From positions 44,404,464-44,468,463 of the forward strand of contig NC_043011.1 in NCBI RefSeq assembly GCF_006345805.1: a stretch of 64,000 nucleotides of DNA, given 5' to 3'. The notes below the pieces were generated by a model. That model ran no database searches and was not told the DNA's origin. It was given only the letters and a program-made list of their open reading frames with translations. The DNA is from Octopus sinensis. Lineage: Eukaryota. Numbering within the stretch: the stretch's first letter is position 1; the number at the start of each line of letters is the position of its first letter. The position numbers and the translations under genes were made by a program. Below are positions 51,105 to 64,000 of this stretch, piece after piece.

Positions 51105-51335
51105 GGAGGCGCGCGGCTTAGTGGTTAGGGTGTCAGCATCATGATCGTAAGATTGTGGTTTCGATTCCTGGACCGGGCAACGTGTTGTGTTCTTGAGCAA
51201 AACACTTCATTTCACGTTGCTCCAGTCCACTCAGCTGGCAAAAATGAGGCATCCCGTCCAGCTATGGAACACATACGCCATTGAAACTGGGAAACCGGGC
51301 CCATGATCCTGGCTAGGTTTTAAAAGGGCGAAGAA
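51105..51335 (+). mobile_element. tRNA-derived SINE family C
   Basis: A-box CGGCTTAGTGG and B-box GGTTTCGATTCC; homologs at 32255 and 60917. Confidence 0.85.
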
Positions 51336-51441
51336 AAATTATTGTTGTTGTTGTTGTTGTTGTTGCTGCTGCTGCTGCTGTTGTTGTGTTGTTGTTGTTG
51401 TTGTTGTTGTTGTTCTTGCTCTTGTTATTATTATTATTATT

Positions 51442-51791
51442 CTATGTTTGACTTTTGCTTTATATTTGTACAAGTTGGCTCCATGTCTCACCCAGAGACC
51501 TCAAGAGACAACAGGGTTGGAAGTTCATGTTGTTGTTATGCCTAGTGTGCCATATATTTGGGGGGTGGGGATGTTGTACTAATGAATGTCTAAAAAAAAA
51601 AAAGGTTTTTTTTTTTTTTTTTTTTTTTTAAACCGAAAATTATGTTTGTTTTAAACCTTGAGATTACATAGAGAGTATTTTGCGTAGGATATGAGCAGTT
51701 CCCATGAGCACTATCTTTTGAACTTCTGCCATTTTTGGGTTTCCTGGTATCTGAGTTAGGTAGCTATCAGCCCCTTTTGCTATCATTCCCA

Positions 51792-51792
<1 letters not shown>
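51442..51792 (-). mobile_element. R4/Dong-like 3' end embedded in (TAA)n
   Basis: LGMIAKGADSYLTQIPGNPKMAEVQKIVLMGTAHILRKILSM stop; TTA repeats on both sides. Confidence 0.85.
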
Positions 51793-51856
<64 letters not shown>

Positions 51857-51858
51857 TG

Positions 51859-52010
51859 AAGGCGGCAAGAGCTGGCAGAATAGTTAGCACGCTAGACGAA
51901 AAGCTTAGATGTATTTTGCCCGTCGCTACGTTCTGAGTTCAAATTCCACCGAGGTTGATTTTGTCTTTCCATCCTCTCGGGGTCCATGAAATAAGTATCA
52001 GTTGAATACT
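51859..52010 (+). mobile_element. SINE family B, partial
   Basis: Head and core homology. Confidence 0.8.
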
Positions 52011-52539
52011 GCCAGAATTTGAACCCATTATCTTTATTATTATTGCTGCTGTTGCTGTTGTCGTCGTTGTCATCGTTGTGGCTGTTGTTGTTTGACTGGA
52101 ACCGCAGTGTGGCTGCTGATGGAAGTTACCTCGATGTTTATTACGATGCCGTGATAACGAGAACATTTGGTTAAACTAGATCTGAATAACAAATACTTGC
52201 TGCTCAATCTACGATGTAATTACTTCGTTACTTCATGTAACGGACACCATACTTTTTTTCGCTCGCTGATTACTTCCTTTCTCCACTCTTCCTTCCTGTC
52301 TTCCTTACTTTCTAACCTGATCTATCCCTTCTCTCTTATTTCTTTTCTAATTATTTCATTTTTGCTTTCCTTCTTTTTGCATGCGTCAATATATTTAGCA
52401 AGCTAGTCAAACAGCTATCAATCTATCTCTCATTACCTGTCTAATTTTTCTTATTAATCTAATAGCTGCCCATCTATCTACCTACCTGTCTGTCCATCTC
52501 TCTGTCTGTCAGTCTCTTTCTCCGTTTATATGTTATTCT

Positions 52540-52982
52540 TAATCTTTTACTTGTTTCAGTCATTATATCGCGGCCATGCTGGGACACCGCCTTCAAGAAT
52601 TTTTAATCGAATGAATCGACACCAGAACTTCTCTTTTTAAGCCTGGTACTTATTCCATCGGTGTCTTTTGTCGAACCGCTAAGTTACAGTAACGTAAACA
52701 AATCAAGACTGGCTATGAAAGATGGCGGGGCACAAACAGACAGACACACACACACACATACACACACACACACACACACATACATACATACATACATACA
52801 TACATACATACATACATACACACAATATAAACTACGAGCTTCTTGCAATTTCCGTTTACCAAAGCTTTGGTCGGCCCCAGGCCATAGTAGAAGACACTTG
52901 ACCCAAGGTGCCACACAGCAGGACTGAACCCGGGACCATGTGATTGGGAAGTAAACTTCTTTCCACACAACCACACCTGTGC
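52540..52982 (-). mobile_element. SINE family A, diverged
   Basis: Head-to-tail homology. Confidence 0.8.
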
Positions 52983-53048
52983 TTTTGTTTCGTTTTGATT
53001 TCCATTTTGCATTTTAATTAATTTTATATATTAGCTACGTTTGTGAGA

Positions 53049-53082
<34 letters not shown>

Positions 53083-53608
53083 CATCGTCGTGGTGGCGGC
53101 GGTCGTCGTCGTCGTGGTCGTGATGGTGGTGGTGGTCGTGGTGGTCGTGGTGATGATGATGGTGATGATGATGATGATGATGACGACGATGATGATGAAG
53201 CTGATGGGGTGATGATGATGATGATGATGATGATGGTGACGATGATGATGATGATGGCGACGATGATGATGATGACGATGATGATGATGATGATGATGAC
53301 GACGACGATGATGATGATGATGATAATGGTGGTGGTAATGATGATGATGATGGTGATGATGAAGCTGATGAGGATGATGAGGATGATGATGATGACGATT
53401 ACGATGCAGACTATTAAGAAGAAGAAAATCATTGTTGATGGATGTCATCAGAAAATGCTGCTTTAATGACACCATTTCCTTTCAGATGTCTTGATTACCC
53501 TTTTTGCAAAAAAAACAAAAACTTGTACACATTTCTATCTCCGGCACTCCTTCACTCTCACTCTAACTGTATCTCGGTCTATGCCCCCCTCTCTCTGTCT
53601 TTCTATTA

Positions 53609-53640
<32 letters not shown>

Positions 53641-54074
53641 ATCTAACTCTCATATGTCTTTCTTCACTATTTCTCACCGTCTCTCTTTCTTTCCCGTCAC
53701 ACCACCACCCACTCCTAAACATTGTTATAAAAGACTTCTAATCAATCAGTCTTCTAAACCAGAAGGAAAGTGTATATATATGTGCATGCGTGTGTATAGT
53801 CTGTTACAGCATATGTTTATATGTTTGTTACTGTGTATGTGTGTAGTCGTTGTTAGCGAGTGTGTTGCTGATGTCTCAGGAACTTAGAAATTTTGATAAC
53901 GTGATATAGTTATTTTTAAGAACAGTGAATCTCGAAGCAAATAATCTATAAGTAACTGCGTTTACATAGTGGATTGCAAACCTCATCCGCCAGTCTAAGA
54001 TCGACCGTTCCTAAAAATAATATATATATATATATATATACACATATATACATACACACACACACACATATATA

Positions 54075-54270
54075 TAGCTAATCCAAACATAACAAAGGGA
54101 AAACACAACACGAGGACGTTGAACAGGTATAATGTTATTGGACGCTCACGAAAGGAAAGAAAGAAGGAGGATTTAACGTTTCGAGCGGAGCTCTTCCTCA
54201 GAAACATAGAAAAAGGAAAGGTCCAAGGAAGGGAAGACGGAGAAGGAAAATCGCCAACGATACACACGCG
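54075..54270 (-). mobile_element. PLE pseudo-LTR with the best-preserved hammerhead of its family (54171-54205)
   Basis: Minus strand TTT-CTGAGGA-A-GAGC-TCC-GCTC-GAAAC-GTTA-AA; sits in TA/CA repeats. Confidence 0.7.
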
Positions 54271-54900
54271 ATATGTCTGTATATATATATGCATGTATGT
54301 ATGCATGTATATATCATTTAATTTACACAGTATTTAAATTAGCTATGAATAGTTTCATGCTATGGAAACACTATACTTTATATATCAAGCTTTGTATCTC
54401 CAAGAAATCTTTCCGGCTCAAATAACATGGCTTGCTTTGTTTGAAAACAGAACGCTAGTCGATGAGAAAACACGATAAAAGAAAAACGAGTGTAAGGTGG
54501 CTGCAAAATGTGGAGTGAGAAAATGTGGAACGAGAAAACAAAATGTTAACAAAAACGAAAAAAATTAAGAGAACAAAGTAATCTAAGAACTGCTTCCATC
54601 TAGCGAGATTTTACTCTCCTCAACGAGGGAGAGAGTAAAGTTTGTGAAACAGCTGCTCAATCCACACACACACACACACACACACCACACACACACACAC
54701 ATTAGCCTTTGTTTCGTACATTCTGATTAATATAAAATTCTCAGTTATTCTGAGAAAAAAATTGGTTGAAAAAAATGGTTGAAAATATTGGGAATGCGTT
54801 TCATACATAATGCATAGACGCCAAGAAATATTTCCCGTGCGTCACATGCGATACATAGAACAAGAAAAGTGTTAAAAGTGCACAAAACTGTCAAATCATT

Positions 54901-55279
54901 TCTCTATATATAAACGGCAGTTTGTCTGTGCGTTTTCTGTGTGTCTGTTTGCTTGTACCCTCACCTTGACCACGGCTTTCAACCGATTCTGATGAAACTT
55001 GACACACACATAGCCCAATGTCATAATTCAAAACTAACGCAGCGAAAATTTTGAAAAGTTCCCCCAGTTCTGAAAAAAATCGATAAATTCGACATGGGGT
55101 CGAGAATCAGAAACACAAACCGCAAACTGTCTAGGGGACGCAACTCCACCTTTTTTAACTAAAAAAAAATTTACCATAATTTTTTTCCATTTTTTTGCTA
55201 TTTTTTGGTTATAACTCTCTAAAAATGCTTTATAGTTATTTCCCTTACAAACCTGAGCAACGCCGGGCGATACTGCTAG
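54901..55279 (+). mobile_element. Non-autonomous Helitron, copy 2
   Basis: 5' TCTCTATATATAAAC; subterminal hairpin then CTAG|T at 55276-55280; no TSD. Confidence 0.88.
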
Positions 55280-56153
55280 TTCACTCTAAATTAAAATTTA
55301 TTTCATGAGAAGTCAACATTATTTTCGCACACCTTCGCCGACTTCCTCACTCGAAATCTGTCAGTGACCAAGATCTGCAGTAATGCCACAGAAATTTTGA
55401 CACCACAAGAAATAAAGTGATTTAAACATAATTATGTGTTACTAAAAACTAAAATGTTTCTTATACAATGTAATTACTTGTTTTAACTCAGTTTCATATC
55501 ACGTCACTTACTACACAAGTACATTTATCACCCTGTTATAGTCTTCAGTATTTTTACATAGTTAAATTGTACAGTGAACAGAATTGTTCAGAATGACAAA
55601 TGGCTAGAATGGTTCTTCTATACTGTAATTACTTCAGTTTTAAAACACAGTCTAATATTAATCACTTACTAGACAAGTACATCTTTGAAATTTAAATTAA
55701 ATTTCCGACTAGCTAAATACGACAGAAGTAGATAAATGAAGAAAGAGAAAATAACAAAACCAGTTGGCGTTTCTACACGTTTATCGATTATTGTGAACAA
55801 CTTCTTGACTTTTACCTGACCTTTACAGTCAGCCAGTCGAAAGCCAAACAGGCGCGAAAGCTTGGTTTCGTTGCTTTCACCGCTATTATTTATTCATAGT
55901 AGCTTTATATTCGTTAGGATTTCTTTCTCGTTGATTATTCATTTATTTACTATGTCTATTTATTCTCTATTTTTACTGAGAGCAGGTATGATTGTGTGGA
56001 TAAGACTTTTGTTTCATAACCATATGGTTCGTGGTCCAAGCCTACTAAACGAATCATAGGCTACATGTTGGGTTGACTAATGCTTTGTGAGTACAATTTG
56101 GTAGATAGAATCTATACGGAATTCCAGTCGGGTATACATATTATATGTGTTGA

Positions 56154-56212
<59 letters not shown>

Positions 56213-56601
56213 AATCAGTGAACAGGTCGCGGATTTTAGCGACGAAAATATTTTGACAAATTAAACTTAAATGTTGAAGTGAATCGAACGGCTTTTGTGT
56301 GTTTCTTAAATGGCTTATAAACACCTTCCACGCTGCAATTGTTTTCGTTTCAGCACACGATCTCAGATCAAAATACTTGCTATGCGAGTACATCTCCCTA
56401 TATATATATATAATATATATATTATATATAATAATACTCATTACAGATATGGGTAAAGAATTATTAATTTATTAATTTTTAATTGTTGTCTGTGGAGTCA
56501 CATTTGTAGTTTAAAAGAACTATCTGTTTTTTAGCTGCTATTTCTAAATTTCCGGTATGTGGTGAAGCAACTTATTGCTAAACCCTTAATATATATATAT
56601 A

Positions 56602-57098
56602 TAACCCCCAGGAAAACGTCTTTTCCAGCTGGTCAACGACACACAAACTGTGTCCGATACCTTGTGAGTGAAGAAGCGAATTACACCTCTCCAGCTTGGC
56701 AAGACTAGTAGATCATAGTTTCTGGGTCTTTACCTCTCACCGGTACTGGACACTTACCTGCTAGAGAGAGCAATCAATCGTCCCTACTCACAATATATCA
56801 ACAGAGAAGCGGCAGAAAGCCGTTGATCGCGTAACGAGCAAAATAGCTAATTCTAAAATCTCTAAACGGGATATTAGTAGTAGTAACAATGCTAGACGGC
56901 AACGTTTTGCCACTATAACATGGCAGGTCTATAAAGGACTGTGTTACTATATTGACCAGTTGGAAAAGACGTTTTCCTAGGGTTAAACTATAATAACATA
57001 GTTCTTTATAGAATAGCCATGTTATAGTGGCAGGAAAATGTTACCGTCTAGTATTGTTACAACACTTATATCTCGCTTAGAGTTAGCTACTTTGCTCG
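56602..57098. repeat. Interleaved inverted repeats (A..B A' B') inside (TA)n
   Basis: A 56602-56636 and A' 56952-56985; B 56835-56951 and B' 56989-57098. Confidence 0.8.
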
Positions 57099-57279
57099 AT
57101 TATATATATATGTTTATATATATATATATATATATAAATGTATATGCCAAAAAACACAAACTGGGACAAGAACGTAAGACATTCAGAAGACGACACAAAA
57201 AACACGGACGGGACATTCGAAGCCCTCAATCCTCAGTCAAGAACCGGATTATCCTCGCAATTTCGGCTGATTAATATAT

Positions 57280-57320
<41 letters not shown>

Positions 57321-57341
57321 AAGACAGACAGACAGACAGAC

Positions 57342-57454
<113 letters not shown>

Positions 57455-57562
57455 GATAGATATGATGGGTGTGTGTATAGATAGACGGATTGATGGATAA
57501 TTATGCAGGTAGGCATGTATATAATCAATGTAACTGTGTGTTGGTAATGCAATTTAATACCT

Positions 57563-57798
57563 ATTTCTTTATTACCCACAAGGGGCTAAAGACAGAGGGG
57601 ACAAACAAGGACAGACATAGGTATTAGGTCGATTACATCGACCCCAGTACGTAACTGGTACTTAATTTATCGACCCCGAAAGGAGAGAAGAAAGCAAAGT
57701 CGACCTCGGCGGAATTTGAACTCAGAACGTAACGACAGACAAAATACGGCTACGCATTTCGCCCGGCGTGCTAACGTCTCTGCCAGCTCGCCGCCTTT
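57563..57798 (-). mobile_element. SINE family B, young Tx1-tailed subfamily
   Basis: TSD TAATGCAATTTAATACCT at 57545-57562 and 57801-57818. Confidence 0.9.
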
Positions 57799-58349
57799 AA
57801 TAATGCAATTTAATACCTCAAACCTATTCGTGCGGTTGGCGTTAATCAAGCGAACTCGTCGTTGCTATATGTGTATGTATATATGAATGTTTGTATGTTC
57901 ACATAGGTGTTTTGTGAGTACGTGTGTGTGTATATATATATATGTGTGTGTGAGAATATGTGTGTGTGTGTGTGTATGCGTACAGATGTGCGGACGTTTC
58001 TGTACATGAATATGTGTGCATATGGATGCCTGAATATATGGGTGAGCATTGGTGCATCATAATCATAAATTAAATTCTAGTAATCTGAATCCAAGGAGAG
58101 ATGGTCACTTACTCAAGTGTAAAATATAACCAATTCAATTGCTATTAACGTATTTATTGAAGTGTATATGAAACAATAATTAACACCAAATTCCTGTGGT
58201 GAATTATTCTTGTTTCTTACAAACAATTGATTACTAGGATTTCGAAGTTTTGTCAAATAAGGCTACAAACGTTAGAGAACTAAACTGATACCTAATCATC
58301 ATCATCATTTAAATATGGGCTTTCATATATTCATATATTCATATATTCA

Positions 58350-58755
58350 CAGGAGTGGCTGTGTGGTAAGTAGCTTGCTAACCAACCACATGGTTCCGGG
58401 TTCAGTCTCACTGCGTGGCGCTCTTGGGCAAGTGTCTTCTGCTATAGCCCCGGGCCGACCAATGCCTTGTGAGTGGATTTGTAGACGGAAACTGAAAAGA
58501 AGCCTGTCGTATTATGTATATATATATATATATAGATATGTATGTTTGTGTGTCTGTGTTTGTCTCCCTAGCATTGCTTGACACCGATGCTGGTTGTGTT
58601 TACGTCTCCGTCACTTAGCGGTTCGGCAAAAAGAGACCGATAGAATAAGTACTGGGCTTACAAAGAATAAGTCCCGGGGTTGATTTGCTCGACTAAAGGC
58701 GGTGCTCCAGCATGGCCGCAGTCAAATGACTGAAACAAGTAAAAGAGTAAAAGAG
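58350..58755 (+). mobile_element. SINE family A, full length
   Basis: Head-to-tail homology. Confidence 0.9.
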
Positions 58756-58833
58756 TATATATATATATATTCATATATAATTTGATTTGTAGCTTTGTCC
58801 TGCTCTATAAGATTACCTGCTAAGTAATGTAGA

Positions 58834-59061
58834 TACGATTGGGTACTGGAAAGTTCCAGGCTTTAAGGGTATCGCGACAGGCCTAATTGGAGGCCCAACT
58901 TTCCGAGTTCTTTTACTGGGCTCAGAAAAACTGAAGGACCACTACAATAAGTGTGTGAATCTGGGAGGGGAATATGTTGAATAAAATCATGATTAACTGA
59001 TCCGCTTGTATTTTCTTTCACCTGAAACCAGGAACATTTCTACCCCCACCCCACCCTCGTA
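58834..59061 (+). mobile_element. Mariner-derived MITE; a further right-end fragment lies at ~59190-59287
   Basis: Degenerate TIRs TACGA..GGGTACTGGAAAGTTCCAGGCTT and AAACCAGGAACATTTCTACCC...CTCGTA; retains transposase C-terminus EKLKDHYNKCVNLGGEYVE. Confidence 0.7.
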
Positions 59062-59344
59062 TATATACCCAACAAGCTTCCACAGTTTCCGTCTAGCAAA
59101 TTCATTCACACAGCTTTCGACGAAGTGGGGCTATAGTAGAAGACACTCGCTCAAGGTGCCCCACAGTGGTACTGAACACAGAGTCATGTGAAGGACCCCT
59201 GCAATAATTATATGAATCTGAGAAAGGAATACGTTAAATATGCATCTTTTTCAGCCAAATCCAGAAACTTTTAAGCAGTCCTCGTATAGAATCTTTATTT
59301 ACATTTTGGACGAAAATTAATTAAAAGGGTTAATGAAATATGAG

Positions 59345-59935
59345 GCCTTCGTGTGTCATTAATGGCCATGGATGAAGATCTTAGTTGTCCACGCTACTGG
59401 AGCAGCGTTGGCAATGGTGGTAAAGTCAGATGCAGGAATGACAGTCTCGCAAGACGCACTCGTGAGACTGCCCCAGTTCCGTTTGAGTTGCAACTGGTAA
59501 CCGTTGCTCTCCGTGTTGCGTCGATGCCGTTGGCGAGGCCGGAGTGTCCTCTCCAGTGCGCTGTCCGCTCCTACCTCTCTCGTACAAGGTGTCAGTAGGA
59601 TCCAAGCCTGTGCATATGGTATGGAAGACAATTAAGTGTTTAAAGCAGCTCGCCTCCACTTTCCACATCATTGATTGATCCAAAGGCACAGCACGCTGTA
59701 ACAATTCGGCACCAGTGTCGTTGCAACGGTTGCTAGAACGAGATAGGAACAGCATCTGACTGTCTTAATGAGGATCCGACTCCAATTTTTTGTTCAGAGT
59801 TTACTCCCGAAACCTTACTATGGCTGGATATGGCCGCAAGCAGTGGAGGCTTGAAATCAGGATTTTTTCTTCCCCTACATGGAGTACTTCCCCCCATCCA
59901 GGCTAACGAGTTCCATCTTCCCCCGTCTGATTTGT
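59345..59935 (-). mobile_element. Probable RTE-clade LINE 5' UTR fragment
   Basis: GC-rich island; minus strand AGATGGAACTCGTTAGCCTGG...GGGGAAGAAAAAATCCTGATTTCAAGCCTCCACTGC...GGAGTAAAC resembles RTE 5' UTRs (recognised from memory, not searched). Confidence 0.55.
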
Positions 59936-59937
59936 TA

Positions 59938-60028
<91 letters not shown>

Positions 60029-60176
60029 TTATTAGTCGGCTGGCCATCTTACTACTGTTAGTTTCACCGTGATTTGTTTTTTCAAGTAATTCCTTATAAT
60101 CTATTTATATTTCTTCTGTTAACTACAAATAAAAAATAATCTTTTCCAGTTTTCTAATTCTACAAAATCCGTTCCA

Positions 60177-60276
60177 NNNNNNNNNNNNNNNNNNNNNNNN
60201 NNNNNNNNNNNNNNNNNNNNNNNNNNNNNNNNNNNNNNNNNNNNNNNNNNNNNNNNNNNNNNNNNNNNNNNNNNNN
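60177..60276. other. Assembly gap (100 N)
   Basis: Run of N. Confidence 1.
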
Positions 60277-60916
60277 TTCGTACTTCTACTTACCCGGCGC
60301 TATTAAGCAGAAGACGTGAAGTTTACTCTGAGGAAAGAAAACATGTAGTGGTGGCCTTCATTTTTCACTCTCCCCTCCTTCATCTCACTACTTATTCCAC
60401 CGGGGAAATGATACACACGCTCGGGCACACGCACCTTGCACATAAGCCACCCACAGGAGTTAAGTACCTTATCACAAAGCTGCTTACAATCTAAACAATT
60501 GCTATCTTCTTGTTCTCTTCCGCCGCCCCAATGAGAGACTAATAACAGCATTCGTTATGTATACACATGTAAATAACGTGTGTAATATGTGTGTGGCTTC
60601 TATAACCTCTGGGGAGAGGATATTTATATTAATCTCTCAATTGGATAACGATATCATTGCTGGTTACAGGTTTCTAACGGACCAATCACTGGTTCACAAT
60701 GATTTCCTGGCGGTGAGTGATAATGTGAGGCGACAGGGTGTTGTTGTTTTCAAAATCGAACATTCTAAATACAAAACTCATGTAGGGAGAAAGGTGAGTT
60801 AAACCAAATAATTTTTCTGGATATTTTGGTTTGAGAGGCCATTTAAGTTCTGTTCCTTAAAGCCACTGTTTATTAGAAACCTGTTATTAGTTGCTTCCCT
60901 GTTAAATAAATATCTA

Positions 60917-61225
60917 CTGGCATTCCATCGGTTACGACGACGAGGGTTCCGGTAAATCTGTTCAACGGAACAACCTGTTCGTGAAACTAAATTGCAATTG
61001 GCTGATTACTCCACAGACACTACTTGATGTAGTTTTCAGGGAGATTCTGCGTGACACAGAATGTGACAAGGCTGGCCCTTTGAATTACAGTTACTATTCA
61101 ATTTTGACAGCTGGCTGAACTAGAGAAATAAAATATGTTGCGCAAGGAGACGACGCGCCGCAGAAAATCGATCTCTCGAGCTTACGGTCGTGAACCAGAT
61201 ACCGTAACCACTAAGCCACTTGCCT
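60917..61225 (-). mobile_element. Diverged SINE family C-related element with a longer 3' body
   Basis: TAACCACTAAGCCAC (A-box, minus strand) plus homology to 32330-32470. Confidence 0.65.
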
Positions 61226-62176
61226 GTTTAGAATGGGATGTATTGGAGACCCTAAAGTTAATATTGGATGGCGTTTCTAAAACTTACATAAGGTTTACAA
61301 GAAAAGTTATTGGTGTCTTAAATTTTCATTGGGTTTATGGAAAGTTTTGTAGGCACCTGCTATAAAATTTAGTGAGATGTTAAGACCCGGGAAAATCATG
61401 AGGCAGAGATCACTTCAACCACACCGAATTAAACAGTGAAAGAAAAATGCTACATAGGTATGGTTGAAGGTCTATTTATACAAAGACTTTATATTCATAT
61501 TACCTTTCAAACAACCAAACAAGTGGACAGTCACAGCTGTGCTGTTACCCACTTGTACGGTATTTGAAGTAAAGAAAGATTGGTTATACTATCAAATGGA
61601 ATGCTTTATTATCTCATTGCAAAGACACCCTCACGGGATCCAATGTACTTGAGACGCACACCTGGTACTAAAATAATACAGCACCTCTCGAAACCAGTCG
61701 CTCGCTAGAAAAACTATTTTCCTCTATTCTTAAAAGGGAATGCATATCTGTTTGTATTTTCGCATGTCAGTGCGTATGTGAGTGCAAATGTACGTGTTTA
61801 AATGCAAGGATATGCATGTGTACATGTATGAATGTATATGTGTGCATGTGTGCATGTGTGAATCTATGTGTCAACGTGTGTAACTCGATATAGTGATTGT
61901 GATTACATTAATAGCACGTTTATTAAGACAATTGCTGATAAGATACATCACGGTAAAAACTGCGTGCATATATACGTAGGGCTGTATATGTGTATATATA
62001 AATGTATATATGATCTCAGTATGTGTGTATGTATGTAAATACTTACATATACTTATATTTACCAACATAGAAATACATACGTACATAACACCCATTCACA
62101 CACAGTCATATAGATACATACATACACACACACACACAAAATATATATATGCATTATAATATATACACGTATATAG

Positions 62177-62222
<46 letters not shown>

Positions 62223-62248
62223 ATATATGTGTATATATATTATATAAT

Positions 62249-62279
<31 letters not shown>

Positions 62280-62377
62280 CGTATATATATATATGTATAT
62301 GTATATATACGTATATATATATATATATATATACGTATATATATATATATGTATATATATATATGTATATATATATA

Positions 62378-62444
<67 letters not shown>

Positions 62445-62777
62445 GTATACACTGTTATAAGAAATAGGAAAAAGTACTCGATACATTGGCCTAATATATA
62501 ATTATATATTTATTCGGCTGATGCATTCTGCTACAACTTCAACTTCCGTGAACGATCATCAATAAGACGGCCATAATGGTTTATGTCTTGTAACGGTGGT
62601 GATTGCAAGGTGGCGGTGTGGTGTGGTTGGTGGTGGTGACGATGATGATGTTGGCGATGACGACGGCAAATAGGATAATAATGGTAATTATAGACGAATA
62701 TGACTGGCTGATTACTCAAAATATGCAAATGATACACTTACGGTAAAAAGCATCAACCAATTATGTGCGTGACTATG

Positions 62778-62819
<42 letters not shown>

Positions 62820-63103
62820 TGTGTGTGTGTGTGTGTGTGTGTGCATATATATATTCTATAAGTATCGGTTGATTAATAGACAGATAAATACATGCATGAT
62901 GAAAAATATATACATACGTATAAGCTCAAACATACACACATACGCCTCTGCATACGTATATATATATACACACATATACGTGAGACTGTATGCATATATA
63001 TATGTAAAATATACATACATAATATTTCTATATGATATATGTATATATGTAGATATACACATATTATGTTTATATTTCTGTGTATTTATAGAAAACTGTA
63101 TAT

Positions 63104-63157
<54 letters not shown>

Positions 63158-63783
63158 TATGAATGTATGTATGTATGTATGTATGTATATATACACATAT
63201 ATATATGTTTAATGTGTGGCTGTATGTATTATTTAAAACTGTGCTTATATATATGGGTGGGGGTTGTATGTCGGCACATGCAGCAGTGGTAGGGTATGTG
63301 TGTATGCGAATCTACCCAATGTACCCTACAATCCTTACTATTCACTCACCGTAAGCAGAGATAACAGAGGTAGTTCTCCCCCACCCTGGGTGGAAATCAT
63401 ATCTCACAAACTGTCATTAGCTATTTTCTTTTTGCATTTCTACCTCACCGGGAGGATGTCTATATTAGGTGGTGGGTGGTGGTGGTGGTGGTGGATATAG
63501 TGGAGGTGTTAGCGCTGATGATGATCATGCTAGCAATGGATATAGTGTTCATATTGTTGATGCTTGTGGCGGTGATGATGCTTGTGGTGGCGGTGGTGGT
63601 GGTGGTGGTGGTGGTGGTGGTGGTGGAGAGGGGCATTGGTGAATTTAGGGTGTTAGTACTTCTAGATCCACTATTACAAAAGACTATTTTACGTTCTCTC
63701 GAAAGTATAAATTTTTATGTTGTCAACAAGAACAAACACACACAAAGATATATATATATTATATATATATAATAGAGATATAT

Positions 63784-63820
<37 letters not shown>

Positions 63821-64000
63821 GATATATATATACATGCACACACATACACACACATACACACCCACATACCATACACACGTACACACGCATTTAATGACGT
63901 GCTGTCTAATGCACAAATATGAACATTAAAGTAATAGTTTAATTTCCTACTGCTCTAAATAGAAGATCGCTATGCTATCGATTCCAGGAAGAAATTATGT

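Noticed and set aside
54989-54998. CTGATGAAAC as a hammerhead core
   Set aside because: No stem II between the motifs; it is part of the Helitron body.
60287-60300. TACTTACCCGGCGC resembling the U1 snRNA 5' end
   Set aside because: No further U1 similarity; better read as a minus-strand splice donor.

Overview
AT-rich eukaryotic genomic DNA with two 100-N scaffold gaps. The SINE families and the density of (TA)n/(CA)n/(GATA)n/trinucleotide tracts suggest an octopus (cephalopod) genome; this is an inference from repeat content. I can support no intact host protein-coding gene: nearly all listed ORFs are microsatellite read-throughs and the rest are decayed transposon fragments. Contents: three tRNA-derived SINE families (35+ copies); LINE remnants (CR1, R4/Dong-like, Tx1/L1-like, RTE 5' UTR); Penelope-like element (PLE) remnants with about ten minimal type-I hammerhead motifs; mariner/Tc1 relics; a non-autonomous Helitron pair; and a U6 snRNA pseudogene. 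The most interesting signals are (1) a palindromic mini-element in (TA)n with a hammerhead motif on each strand, present twice with the same fold-back centre, (2) a U6 copy fused directly to the 5' end of a SINE, and (3) a young SINE subfamily whose 3' tail matches the 3' end of a Tx1-like LINE in this window. A few weak candidate exons and enhancer-like islands are flagged at low confidence. All alignments were done by eye and boundaries of degenerate elements are approximate.
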